Origin: a virus
IMG/VR virus record: IMGVR_UViG_3300021963_009993
Location: 117,261-181,260 of that record
Strand: one strand, 5' to 3'
DNA length: 64,000 bases
Positions within the stretch are counted from its first letter, which is position 1. Every line of letters begins with the position of its first letter. The translations under genes and the position numbers were made by a program. This document shows positions 38,732 to 48,217 of this stretch, piece by piece. Below the pieces are notes generated by a model, which made no database searches, was not told the DNA's origin, and saw only the letters and a list, made by a program, of their open reading frames with translations.

Positions 38732-39658
38732 TTATTTCTTGCCTTGTGTGTAATCACTAACAACTTGCTTGAACAAATCTTTTAGATTTTGCTTGGTCAT
38801 AGTTGTGTTGTATTTTAAGATATGATCAATTAATTCGTTTAGCAAAGCTTTTACTTTGGTTTTGCTGATGTTTTTAACATCATTTTCCTTGAGAACATTT
38901 TCAAAACGACTAACAGCTTGTCCTGCCTTTCCTGATACCATAGGCTTTTTTTCATCTTTCATTTCAGGCATGACTTTTTTGTCTTCGCTTATAATTTTGC
39001 CGTTGGGAGCCATGTGGCCAATCATGGAATTAACGCTTTCCCACCATGCCTTCTCAGATAACATAGCCCCTTTTGTTTTCTTTGATTCTTCAACATCCAT
39101 ATCAAATTCCATATCCATTACTTCATCATCGCCCATCTCATCATCGTCTTCGCCATCGCTCATGCCATATTCGGCATCTTCGATTTCTTCATCATCCATA
39201 TCATCTTTTTCATCATCCATATCATCATCTTCTTCGTCATCTTCTTCATCATCCATATCTTCTTCGTCATCCATCATTTCATCATCCATATCCTCTTCGT
39301 CATCCATCATTTCATCGTCCATATCCTCTTCATCGTCCATCATTTCATCATCCATATCCTCTTCATCATCCATCATTTCATCGTCCATATCTTCTTCGTC
39401 GTCCATCATTTCATCATCTACATGGTGATGGTGATGGTGATGGTGTTTGTGGTGATGATGATCATCATCTTCTGATTCATATTCCATGTCTTCGTCTTCG
39501 TCTTCGTCTGATTCGTCTTCCATGTCTTCGTCTTCTGCTAACACTTCTGGCTGAGAAAATTGGGCACCTGTAATACCAAGTGATTTGGGAGATGAAATTC
39601 CCAAAGTTGTAGGACCAAGTGTCTCATTTAGCTTTTTCCACTTCTCGTAATTCAACAT
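38732..39658 (-). CDS. Highly acidic repeat protein with His tract and capsid-targeting-like N-terminus (MLNYEKWKKLNE)
   Basis: HHHHKHHHHHHH followed by (DDEMMDDEEDM)n; GGAG RBS. Confidence 0.8.
   Translation of the reverse strand: MLNYEKWKKLNETLGPTTLGISSPKSLGITGAQFSQPEVLAEDEDMEDESDEDEDEDMEYESEDDDHHHHKHHHHHHHHVDDEMMDDEEDMDDEMMDDEEDMDDEMMDDEEDMDDEMMDDEEDMDDEMMDDEEDMDDEEDDEEDDDMDDEKDDMDDEEIEDAEYGMSDGEDDDEMGDDEVMDMEFDMDVEESKKTKGAMLSEKAWWESVNSMIGHMAPNGKIISEDKKVMPEMKDEKKPMVSGKAGQAVSRFENVLKENDVKNISKTKVKALLNELIDHILKYNTTMTKQNLKDLFKQVVSDYTQGKK
39250..39420 (-). repeat. About five tandem 33-nt coding repeats (DDEMMDDEEDM)
   Basis: Recurring TCATCCATCATTTCATC.TCCATATC.TCTTC on the + strand. Confidence 0.85.
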
Positions 39659-39733
39659 TTTTATCTCCTTGATATTTTGCCCAAATATGGATATATCTAA
39701 AGTATCTACTATTTATGCACAAACAGATGATTT

Positions 39734-39994
39734 TTATACTTTACCAAGTGCATTTTTAACTGCTTCTCGTCTTAATCGTTCAATTCTAAGTCTTTCAGGA
39801 TTCATCACCTTGTTCTCTATAGCTTGTGGTGAAAGATTTAATGCTTGTATTCTATTATTATTGGATGTAATAGTAGATTCGACTCTAGCTGTTGAAGCAG
39901 GTGTTTGTACTGGTACAACAGGTCGTTGAGCAAATGGAATTTGAGGAGGATTCCTACTTAAATCCGGTGTTCTATTTCTGCATCCGCATCCCAT
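39734..39994 (-). CDS. Small hypothetical protein (MGCGCRNR...)
   Basis: 86 aa; GGAGG RBS. Confidence 0.7.
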   Translation of the reverse strand: MGCGCRNRTPDLSRNPPQIPFAQRPVVPVQTPASTARVESTITSNNNRIQALNLSPQAIENKVMNPERLRIERLRREAVKNALGKV

Positions 39995-40026
39995 AAAAAC
40001 CTCCTTATAAAGGTTATAATATATTT

Positions 40027-41493
40027 ATGAATATAGACAGCAATTTGATAAAAGATTTAATTTCGCAAACAATAAAGAAGACATATCAATACTTTTCAAT
40101 AGGGAATTACATAGATGCAGAGATTCTATTGGAACAGGCTCTGAAAATTGATTATTCATTGGAAATCAGACAGCTTTTGACTGTATGTAAAATGAATTTG
40201 AAAAAGTATGATGAAGCCAAAGTTATATGCTTGGAAACTGTTAAAGAGTCTAATTCAGCAGAAGATTACAACAATCTTGGTTTAATAGAAAAGCTACAAG
40301 GAAATTGCAGAAAAGCTCTTGTTTTTTACAAGAAGGCTATGAGTATAAATTCAAATAAACCATCAATATTAGCTAATTATGCATCTTTTTTATATGAAAA
40401 AAAGAAAACAAAAAAGGCACATGAACTTATTGATAAGGCAATAGAATTAAGTCCAAAACACGAGGTTTTTAAACTGAACAAAACAAGCATGTACATGGCT
40501 TTATGCAAGTATAAAATGGCATCTGTTTACTTACAGAGCATTATGGGAGAAATAGATAAAAACAGTTATTTAAATGTGGAATATTTTTATTGTATGGCTG
40601 CACAAGGAAAATATTCACAAGCGTGGAATCATTTTGAAGCAAGATATTCATCCGTACAACCTATCAAGAAAACACTAGAAAGATATAAAAAACCATTATT
40701 GAAAGAAAAGAAAAATTTTTACGAAGAAAAAATATGCATAGTACAGGAACAAGGTGCTGGCGATAATATGATGTTTTTAAGATTTATACCAGAATTTTTG
40801 AAAATAGCTCCAAATTCTTATTTTGAAAGCGGAAGACTTTTTGGAAGTTATTGTGACAAAATAGGAATTAATCACCAAGAAACAATTAGTGAAGATGCGA
40901 CACATATAATAGGATTGATGAGTTTGCCTTATTTGCTTGATGTCAAAAAAGCATCAATCCCTCTTAATCCATTTGCTTATGAAAAAAAATCAAATGATAA
41001 AATAAAAATAGGTCTATGTTGGGCTGGATCACCTTTGCATCCTATGGACTACCAAAGAAGCACTTTTTTAAGATCTTATGACGAACTGCTTAAAAATGAC
41101 AAGTTTGAAATTTACAGTTTTCAAAAAGACAGAAGGCCAAGAAAATACATAAACAACGATAAAATATATGATTTTTCTGACGGTTTTGATGAATACAGAT
41201 TGACTGATCTTTCAGAAAAGCTTGTTGATGTTTATTCAACTGCGAGACTGATGTTAGACATGGATTATATGGTTAGTGTTGACACATTTCCAGCACACAT
41301 TGCTGCAACATGTGGAATTCCAACCATGTTGATTTTAAGTGATAAGCCAGATTGGAGATGGGGATTTAGAAAAAAAAAGACAGAGTGGTATCCAAGCATT
41401 GAAATTTTTAGATGTCACAAGAATACAAAGCTTGAAAATATAGTTTCGCAAATCGCTGATAAAATAGAAAAAGGGTGCCAGAATAATTTCTGA
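40027..41493 (+). CDS. TPR-repeat glycosyltransferase (GT9-like C-terminus)
   Basis: TPR helices (AEDYNNLG); EQGAGDNMMFLRF, IGLCWAGSP, VSVDTFPAHIAATCG, DWRWG, WYPS. Confidence 0.85.
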   Translation: MNIDSNLIKDLISQTIKKTYQYFSIGNYIDAEILLEQALKIDYSLEIRQLLTVCKMNLKKYDEAKVICLETVKESNSAEDYNNLGLIEKLQGNCRKALVFYKKAMSINSNKPSILANYASFLYEKKKTKKAHELIDKAIELSPKHEVFKLNKTSMYMALCKYKMASVYLQSIMGEIDKNSYLNVEYFYCMAAQGKYSQAWNHFEARYSSVQPIKKTLERYKKPLLKEKKNFYEEKICIVQEQGAGDNMMFLRFIPEFLKIAPNSYFESGRLFGSYCDKIGINHQETISEDATHIIGLMSLPYLLDVKKASIPLNPFAYEKKSNDKIKIGLCWAGSPLHPMDYQRSTFLRSYDELLKNDKFEIYSFQKDRRPRKYINNDKIYDFSDGFDEYRLTDLSEKLVDVYSTARLMLDMDYMVSVDTFPAHIAATCGIPTMLILSDKPDWRWGFRKKKTEWYPSIEIFRCHKNTKLENIVSQIADKIEKGCQNNF

Positions 41494-41501
41494 CACCCTT
41501 T
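41470..41501. terminator. Terminator hairpin between convergent genes
   Basis: AAAGGGTGCCAGAA-TAAT-TTCTGACACCCTTT, one mismatch. Confidence 0.7.
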
Positions 41502-41518
41502 CAATTAATTTCAATAGA

Positions 41519-41803
41519 TCAATTCGCAGCAACGCTCTTGGTTGCACGGGTAGTCTTTGCAGTTGGTACTGGAGCAACTTCAGCTGTGTAACCCAGAGCC
41601 AATGCCCTGCGCTTGCAAGCCTTGAGTGCAGCAGAGCGGGTGGGGAAATAAATGCCACCTTCTGCATGAAGAACAGCAGTAGTCCTGAAACCGGGAATGG
41701 TTGCATTTGCTTGGTAAACCGTGTTTCCATCAACGGTTCTTTCGTTGATAGTAAAACGGATAGCTCTTTCAGTAATCGTCGTTCTAGCGGTAGAATTGCT
41801 CAT
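41519..41803 (-). CDS. Small basic Ala/Thr/Arg-rich protein
   Basis: Start MSNSTART with GGAG RBS; flanked by hairpins. Confidence 0.7.
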   Translation of the reverse strand: MSNSTARTTITERAIRFTINERTVDGNTVYQANATIPGFRTTAVLHAEGGIYFPTRSAALKACKRRALALGYTAEVAPVPTAKTTRATKSVAAN

Positions 41804-41844
41804 GTTTAAACTCCAATACACAGCGTGACTTTGCACACATTTAC

Positions 41845-41871
41845 AAAAAAAAGGCGAAATACGAATCGCCT
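41845..41871 (-). terminator. Probable terminator
   Basis: AGGCGA/TCGCCT stem with T8 run on the minus strand. Confidence 0.6.
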
Positions 41872-41883
41872 ACATTTAAAATT

Positions 41884-42498
41884 CTATTCATTTACACGAA
41901 AGAAATTCAAGCTATCTGTAAAAATTTTTTCGATGTTCTTTCTATTCAGCGATAAAAAGTTTATTTTTTGAATGTTCATTGGAGAACTCAAAACTATTGT
42001 GGGTGGCTTAAAGTTTCTTTCTTGATAGAAATTTTGAACTTTTTGAGTCAAATAAAGCTTGGAATGTTCTATTACAAGTGAATTAAATGTTAAATTTTCC
42101 AAGGTTCTTTCGACTATCTTATTTAAAGTGTCACAAGTATCTTCTATTTTTTTATTTTCAAATTCTACATCCACATACCAATTCATATTAAAAAAATCAT
42201 AACTAAATGATGGGTTGAGATTTGATTGTTGAAATGAGTTTTCTTCTATTTTGCAAAATTGATGTTTAGACAAATGAGAATCTTTTCTCATGGCTATTTC
42301 ACAATAAAAATTCTTAAATGTGAATAAAAAAGCATCTTCGGGTCTGATGTAATTAAAATATTTTTTGCAAAAAATACAACAGTCTGACAAGTACATATCT
42401 TTAGACAAAACATGGCAGAATTTGCAACGATTTATGAATCTTAAATCGTCTAATTTTGTTTCTGTTTTTTCAAGCAGTATTTCGTTATACATTATCAA
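41884..42498 (-). CDS. Hypothetical protein with CxxC pairs
   Basis: CKFC...CCIFC. Confidence 0.65.
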   Translation of the reverse strand: MIMYNEILLEKTETKLDDLRFINRCKFCHVLSKDMYLSDCCIFCKKYFNYIRPEDAFLFTFKNFYCEIAMRKDSHLSKHQFCKIEENSFQQSNLNPSFSYDFFNMNWYVDVEFENKKIEDTCDTLNKIVERTLENLTFNSLVIEHSKLYLTQKVQNFYQERNFKPPTIVLSSPMNIQKINFLSLNRKNIEKIFTDSLNFFRVNE

Positions 42499-42568
42499 AA
42501 ATAATTTAAAGATGAACTATATATAATTGTAGCATTTTTGTATGCATATTCCAATTGTGAGGATTTAA

Positions 42569-42814
42569 ATGAAATCATTTAAACAATGGGCTGAAAACAA
42601 GAACCTTGAACTTCCCGCTCTAAATGAAAAAACAGCCAGAGCAGGTATCGCACATTGGGCTTATCCAGATGGTTATATTCGTAGCCATTATCCCGGCAGC
42701 TATTTTATGCCTATAGCAGCCGATGCCCTTCAGAAGATGGGTGATAACGCCGATGACGAGAGCAAGGTTGATCATGGTCAAATGAAATACAAGCACCACG
42801 ACAAACTTGATTAA
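42569..42814 (+). CDS. Small protein with capsid-targeting-like N-terminus (MKSFKQWAENKNLELPALNE)
   Basis: 81 aa; GAGG RBS; own terminator. Confidence 0.75.
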   Translation: MKSFKQWAENKNLELPALNEKTARAGIAHWAYPDGYIRSHYPGSYFMPIAADALQKMGDNADDESKVDHGQMKYKHHDKLD

Positions 42815-42841
42815 TCTTAAATAAAAACGGTCACAACCATC

Positions 42842-42875
42842 AAGGCTAGTCTGCATATGCAGGCTAGCCTTTTTT
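42842..42875 (+). terminator. Rho-independent terminator
   Basis: AAGGCTAGTCTGC-ATAT-GCAGGCTAGCCTT followed by T run. Confidence 0.8.
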
Positions 42876-43203
42876 AATCGTCATCAGAAGAATCTTTCAA
42901 TCTATTTTCATAATCTTCTTGCTTAATGCTTTTTTTATCTTTGTTAAGCATTTCTGGCACATTGACCCAATATCCCCATTGGTCTTCATTCTTTGGATTT
43001 TGAAAAATCATTCCTTTTTTAAAATATTTGAATATTATTTCTTCGACTCTTTCTTTGCTTAACCCTGTTTCTTTTGCGATTGCACTAACGCTTCTCCAAT
43101 TCCATTGGCTATTTCTCGCTAATGCTTTGAAAACTTTTTGTTCTTCATCACCATCTTTTGTTCCTTGGGGATAGATATCATACCAATTAGGAGGATTTTT
43201 CAT
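42874..43203 (-). CDS. Hypothetical protein, HTH-like
   Basis: WRSVSAIAKETGLSKERVEEII. Confidence 0.7.
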   Translation of the reverse strand: MKNPPNWYDIYPQGTKDGDEEQKVFKALARNSQWNWRSVSAIAKETGLSKERVEEIIFKYFKKGMIFQNPKNEDQWGYWVNVPEMLNKDKKSIKQEDYENRLKDSSDDD

Positions 43204-43349
43204 TTTACACCAATGGAAATATATTTAAAATTTTAATCATACAAATCAAATAGATTCAAGTTATATTTTAAATTTTGAAAAAAACAGTTAAATAAAATTT
43301 AATATACTATCTTATTATTGGCATATAACAATTCAAAGAAGGACAACTC

Positions 43350-43832
43350 ATGAAACAGAGTCGTGCGGAACAACTACAAGAAAGACTAGGAAAGCTTTCG
43401 GCCCATAATAGAATTATGAATGGCGACACATTATATATCTTTGAAAACCATAAGAGGCATGATTTAGTGCTTCCGCAAAAATCGAATTGTGGAAAGAAAA
43501 TCATTCCTCCCGGTCATAAATTTGAAGGAGATGCATATTTTTTGAATTTGATGAAGGCTGGTGAAGTTCGCCTTGTTAGTTCAAGAAAGATTGAATCACC
43601 CCAAGAGACACCACCTGAAACACAAATAAATGAAGGGACAAGCAACATGGAAAAGCTTATTTTAGATCAACCAGACAAGGTTACACAGCATGGCAAAACA
43701 GAACATGTCGTTGTTGATAACACTAAAGCTCATCAAACTCAAAACAATGTGAAGAAGGAATCAAATGTTTTTGAAAACGATATTCTTTTAAATGAAAATC
43801 CCATGTCTGGGATTGATATTATCAACGGTTAA
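43350..43832 (+). CDS. Hypothetical protein
   Basis: 160 aa; AAGGA RBS. Confidence 0.7.
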   Translation: MKQSRAEQLQERLGKLSAHNRIMNGDTLYIFENHKRHDLVLPQKSNCGKKIIPPGHKFEGDAYFLNLMKAGEVRLVSSRKIESPQETPPETQINEGTSNMEKLILDQPDKVTQHGKTEHVVVDNTKAHQTQNNVKKESNVFENDILLNENPMSGIDIING

Positions 43833-44214
43833 AGAACCAATCAGTTTTTTCTTTTAGTATATTTTCTTTCAGATATTCAATAGCCCCCGCAACTTTTCTA
43901 TGAATTTTGCGGGGCAACTTATTTATATTAAACCATTTATATCCATCATGTTCTTTGCTTAATTTGCATTTAAACTTATCTTTGACCTTGGCAAAAAAAA
44001 TTTTATATTCTTTATCGTGATCCTTCCTAAAATAAAATCCTATTTTTTCAAATTTGGGCAGATGACCTATTTCTTCTTTTGTTTCTCTTTTGGCAGTCTG
44101 CAAATATTTTTCGCCTTCGTCTTTTGTACCGCCGGGAATTTCCCATTGATCATCTTTTTTAAGCAAAAGTATTTTATCATCATTTATGAATATAAAACCA
44201 GCACCAAGCTTCAT
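43822..44214 (-). CDS. Nudix hydrolase
   Basis: WEIPGG...GE...TAKRETKEEIG Nudix box. Confidence 0.9.
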   Translation of the reverse strand: MKLGAGFIFINDDKILLLKKDDQWEIPGGTKDEGEKYLQTAKRETKEEIGHLPKFEKIGFYFRKDHDKEYKIFFAKVKDKFKCKLSKEHDGYKWFNINKLPRKIHRKVAGAIEYLKENILKEKTDWFFNR

Positions 44215-44747
44215 GATTTTGGCCCACGCTTGTGACTTACATGTATTGTATCTTTCTTTTTGTCTGGCAGACTTTTTAGTTCTTGCATTTTTTTATAAAG
44301 CTTGTTGGACATTTCTTCTGCTGATATCTTGCCTTCTACTTTTTCTTTTTCTGTAACGATAACAGACTTTTTCATCTTGTTGTAATGTCCTTTAGACAAG
44401 ACAAAGCAATCAAGTTCATTGTTGTAGGAAATCATTCCAACCCATTCTCCATCATCCCAATTTCTTGATGATACTATTACTCTAAGTGGCTTTTCTGAGA
44501 AAACAAGTTTGACATGATAATTCATTTTCTTGAGTGCTGCACTTACATAACCCAAAGCAATCTTGGCAAAACCATGATTCATTTCATCTACTGTTGTTCT
44601 GTAATTAACTTCAACAGCATAACGACTGCTCTCAACCTTTTCATTTAGAAGACTGTATCTCTTCTCATAATATTCAGCGAATATTTGAGCTAATTCTTCT
44701 GGTTGAGCAAGGATTATTTCCTTAACATTTTCGAGTGGATTTATCAT
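44211..44747 (-). CDS. Hypothetical protein
   Basis: 178 aa ORF. Confidence 0.7.
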   Translation of the reverse strand: MINPLENVKEIILAQPEELAQIFAEYYEKRYSLLNEKVESSRYAVEVNYRTTVDEMNHGFAKIALGYVSAALKKMNYHVKLVFSEKPLRVIVSSRNWDDGEWVGMISYNNELDCFVLSKGHYNKMKKSVIVTEKEKVEGKISAEEMSNKLYKKMQELKSLPDKKKDTIHVSHKRGPKS

Positions 44748-44826
44748 ATTACTATATATGCTTGCTAAAAAGGAACCTTAAACTATTTTACACTAACTAT
44801 AATAAATTTACTAAACAAGGATTTTT

Positions 44827-45537
44827 ATGAAACCACTAGAAATAAAACCACATTTTATTAAAAGTTTTTATGCAAATGAATCACTAATAAGAATGTTTTT
44901 GAGTTACGACATGCTTTTGCCAAAGTTATCCGATATTTATACTGTAGATGGCAAAACATTAAATATTGGTATGATTTCATCCATGCATTGGTCTAGAACT
45001 TATGAATATTCTTGGTCTTACGATGTTGCAAAACTAGAAAAAAATCATTTGGTTTTAGACGCTGGTTGTGGCTATAGTGTTATAAAATACCCGATAGCTA
45101 AAAATTGTAGAAAAGTTGTCGGAATAGATTTAGATGAAAAATCGCTAACTCAAACTAAAGAGCATTGCAATATGCTTGGAATAGACAATATTGAACTATA
45201 CAAGTCTAATATTTCAGAATTTAAATATAATGAATTATTTGACAGAATTTTTTGTATAAGTGTTTTAGAACATGATGAAAGTAGAGAAAATAGAATTAAT
45301 TGCATAAAGAATATGATTGAACAATTAAAACCAGGAGGTTTATTTATATTTACTTATGATTTTTTTATTAGTGGCATTAGAAGAGATTTTCATATAGATG
45401 AAAAAGAATCAAATTTAATACTTGATTATTTTGGATTTGAAAATTTATATTTTAAAGATGAAACAGATGTTTTAGTAGCAGATGTGGATGGATCTGTTTT
45501 ATCTTGTGTTTGTTTAGTATATCAAAAATCTTACTAA
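44827..45537 (+). CDS. Class I SAM-dependent methyltransferase
   Basis: VLDAGCG, VVGIDL, FDRIFCISVLEH, LKPGG. Confidence 0.88.
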   Translation: MKPLEIKPHFIKSFYANESLIRMFLSYDMLLPKLSDIYTVDGKTLNIGMISSMHWSRTYEYSWSYDVAKLEKNHLVLDAGCGYSVIKYPIAKNCRKVVGIDLDEKSLTQTKEHCNMLGIDNIELYKSNISEFKYNELFDRIFCISVLEHDESRENRINCIKNMIEQLKPGGLFIFTYDFFISGIRRDFHIDEKESNLILDYFGFENLYFKDETDVLVADVDGSVLSCVCLVYQKSY

Positions 45538-47180
45538 TCTTTGAACATTTCAACAATAAGACTTAGCTCTGGAAGATTATCCATAGTTTCAGCAATTATT
45601 TGTGGGTGTCCTTGATTGAATTCTCTTTTTTCAACTCTAAAACCCACTTGTTCTCCTATACTTTTTAATCCATTAAAATCGTATGCAATACTATGTCCAT
45701 TAAATAGTAATGTCCACAACTTGCCACTCTGAAAAGAAAAAGACTCGCATTCATTATTAATTTCATCAAAGATTTGAAGTTTATTGTTTTGATATAGATT
45801 TATTATTTTTTCTAGGTCTGGGACAAGGATTCTAAAAGCTCCACCCTTTTTTAGAAGCCTGTAACATTCTTGCAAAAACAAAATACCTTCATCTCTTGTA
45901 AGATGTTCAAGCATATGACTGCTGTACATCAAATCTATTTTCTCATTTTCTATATTAATTTTTTTCCTAGCATCAAATTGTAAAAATTTATATTGATTAA
46001 CTTGTGCAAATTGATTTAAATCATGAATATCAAGATTTATCCATCCATTATGAAACATGTTTATAAAACTACCAAAATTCAGTTTTAATTTTCCATCTCC
46101 TGATGGTATGCTTAGGGACAAACTTCCTTTCTCAAGTGTTTCCTTATCTACTGGAACTTGTGTTTTTGGCATTCTTTCAAGCCACCAATTTTCATCATGA
46201 AGAGAGCAATGTGTTTTATCAAACCCATCATCATTTTCTCCATAATCAATTCCATGTATTCCTCTATTGCTAACACGATCTATTTCGTCCATAATTTTTG
46301 GCAATAACTTCTCTGGTATGTGTTCCATTACAGCTACAGAAAAACAAACATCAAATTCTTTATCTTTGAAAGGCCAAGGAGTTTCACATACATCAAATTC
46401 AACAACTGAATTAGTGACTCTTGTCAAATAGCAATGTTTAGAAATTTCCAAGCCTTTTGCTTTAATTCCATTGCTTTCAAATCTTTTTACCAAATAACCT
46501 CTAGCACAACCAATTTCTAAAACAGATTTAGGATTAAGTTCCATAATTTTATCAAAAGTTACCCAATGAACAGGATAATCCCAATAACCTTCTCGTGCAT
46601 AACCTCCAACTTTATGACCACCATTGAAATAATTTTTATCAAACAAAGATTTTCTCTCTGTTGAATTTAAGTCTTCAATATTTTGTTCCGGTTTCGTGGC
46701 TTCTATAATCATGTCTGTCCCCAATTCACCATGTGGTAAAATTATGATGTTTTCAAATCCTGTTTCAGATAAAAGCTTTATGGCATATTTTGGATTCAAG
46801 CTGTTTTTGTGTGTGTTATCAGAGTAATCTTGATCTCCAAATATTATGCAAGAACAATTATCATTCCATTCATCATGGTCTAATACCCATTTCATTTGTA
46901 TTTCTGTATTAGCTGTTACAAAAACAGCTTTAGAACTTGGTTTAAGTATTCTGTAGACTTCATTTAGAAAACCTTTTACTTTTCTCCATGAAATATGTTC
47001 TATGCAATAATGACTAAAAACACCATTATATTGGTTATCATTTATGGGCAATGGTTCATTAAAATCTGCAACTATATCAACATTTTCTTCTTTTCTTATA
47101 TCTAAATTAGGCCTAAAAAAGGGTCTGTTACCGCCACCTAATTCTATTACATTTTCTTTGAAAGGGAATGTATAACTCAT
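45534..47180 (-). CDS. Triple-domain SAM-dependent methyltransferase-like protein
   Basis: IELGGG...SHYCIEH...RILKP; VLEIGCARG...VAVMEH; LNFGS...SSHMLEH...RLLKKGG. Confidence 0.85.
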   Translation of the reverse strand: MSYTFPFKENVIELGGGNRPFFRPNLDIRKEENVDIVADFNEPLPINDNQYNGVFSHYCIEHISWRKVKGFLNEVYRILKPSSKAVFVTANTEIQMKWVLDHDEWNDNCSCIIFGDQDYSDNTHKNSLNPKYAIKLLSETGFENIIILPHGELGTDMIIEATKPEQNIEDLNSTERKSLFDKNYFNGGHKVGGYAREGYWDYPVHWVTFDKIMELNPKSVLEIGCARGYLVKRFESNGIKAKGLEISKHCYLTRVTNSVVEFDVCETPWPFKDKEFDVCFSVAVMEHIPEKLLPKIMDEIDRVSNRGIHGIDYGENDDGFDKTHCSLHDENWWLERMPKTQVPVDKETLEKGSLSLSIPSGDGKLKLNFGSFINMFHNGWINLDIHDLNQFAQVNQYKFLQFDARKKINIENEKIDLMYSSHMLEHLTRDEGILFLQECYRLLKKGGAFRILVPDLEKIINLYQNNKLQIFDEINNECESFSFQSGKLWTLLFNGHSIAYDFNGLKSIGEQVGFRVEKREFNQGHPQIIAETMDNLPELSLIVEMFKD

Positions 47181-47206
47181 AATTTTATCATAGTATTAAA
47201 TTACAA

Positions 47207-48217
47207 TTATGAATTTAATATTAATGATATTTCCTTTCTATAAGATTCTTTAATTTTATCCCATGTGTATTTTTCCGCTTGTTTTTGACACTCTTCTATT
47301 GTTGTAAAATTATTATTTTTATTATAATCTATAACTTCCATAAGTTTTTTTATTGATTTTTTTTCAACAACAAATCCGCAATCACCAACACAATCAGCTG
47401 CACCTGCTCCATCAGAAACAATAACTGGTCTTCCGCATGCCAGAGATTCCAAGACTTCTATGCCAAAACCTTCTGTAACACTTGGTTGAACATAAATGTT
47501 TATTTGATTATAAAAGTCTTCAATATTTTTAACGAAACCTAAGATATTAAAGTTGCCTTTGCCTAATTGTCTTATAATATGGATTAAACTTGTTGTTTGG
47601 GAACCAGCTAATGTTAGAACTGCATCTTTGTAATTAAGATTGGCCCACGCTTTTAATAAATATATTAAGCCTTTATCTGGCCCAATTTGACCTAGATATC
47701 CAACTGTGAATCTAGAAGGCTTGGCTTTTGCTTTCATGATATGTGTTCCGTGTGGCACAACAACTACATTTTTGCAGCCAAATTTTTCCATTATTTTTTT
47801 TGAGTGTTGTGAAGGACAAATTACTAAGTCTGCCAATAAATAACCATCAACATATTCCTTGAATAAACTAGCATCAGTAAGATGAGGAGCATTAAAATTC
47901 AAACCAAGACTCTCAAACTCTTTTTTACTTAAATCTACATCATGAGCAGCTGCTGTATAAATTATTTTTGACCCTTGTTTCTTTAGCTTTCTTATCGTTT
48001 TTGAAAATGTGCCAGAATAAAAATATGCCAGTTTTATATTTGAAAAATCTTCATTTATTATTTGATTTTCTGCCTCAAATGGTGATGCAGTTGGATTTGG
48101 ATTAAATACTTTTACTTCTCCTAAAGTAGTAAGAGCATCTAATTCATTTTTTGTGACTATGCCACCACCAGTCTGTGACCCTATCGCATCACATGTAAAA
48201 TAACCTAACATTACCAC
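47207..48217 (-). CDS. Glycosyltransferase family 4 (GT-B)
   Basis: GQIGPDKG, QPSVTEGFGIEVLESLACGRPVI. Confidence 0.9.
   Translation of the reverse strand: MVMLGYFTCDAIGSQTGGGIVTKNELDALTTLGEVKVFNPNPTASPFEAENQIINEDFSNIKLAYFYSGTFSKTIRKLKKQGSKIIYTAAAHDVDLSKKEFESLGLNFNAPHLTDASLFKEYVDGYLLADLVICPSQHSKKIMEKFGCKNVVVVPHGTHIMKAKAKPSRFTVGYLGQIGPDKGLIYLLKAWANLNYKDAVLTLAGSQTTSLIHIIRQLGKGNFNILGFVKNIEDFYNQINIYVQPSVTEGFGIEVLESLACGRPVIVSDGAGAADCVGDCGFVVEKKSIKKLMEVIDYNKNNNFTTIEECQKQAEKYTWDKIKESYRKEISLILNS

Noticed and set aside
38856-39573. Poly-Ser and poly-His ORFs on the + strand
   Set aside because: Antisense read-outs of the acidic repeat gene, which has an RBS and a terminator
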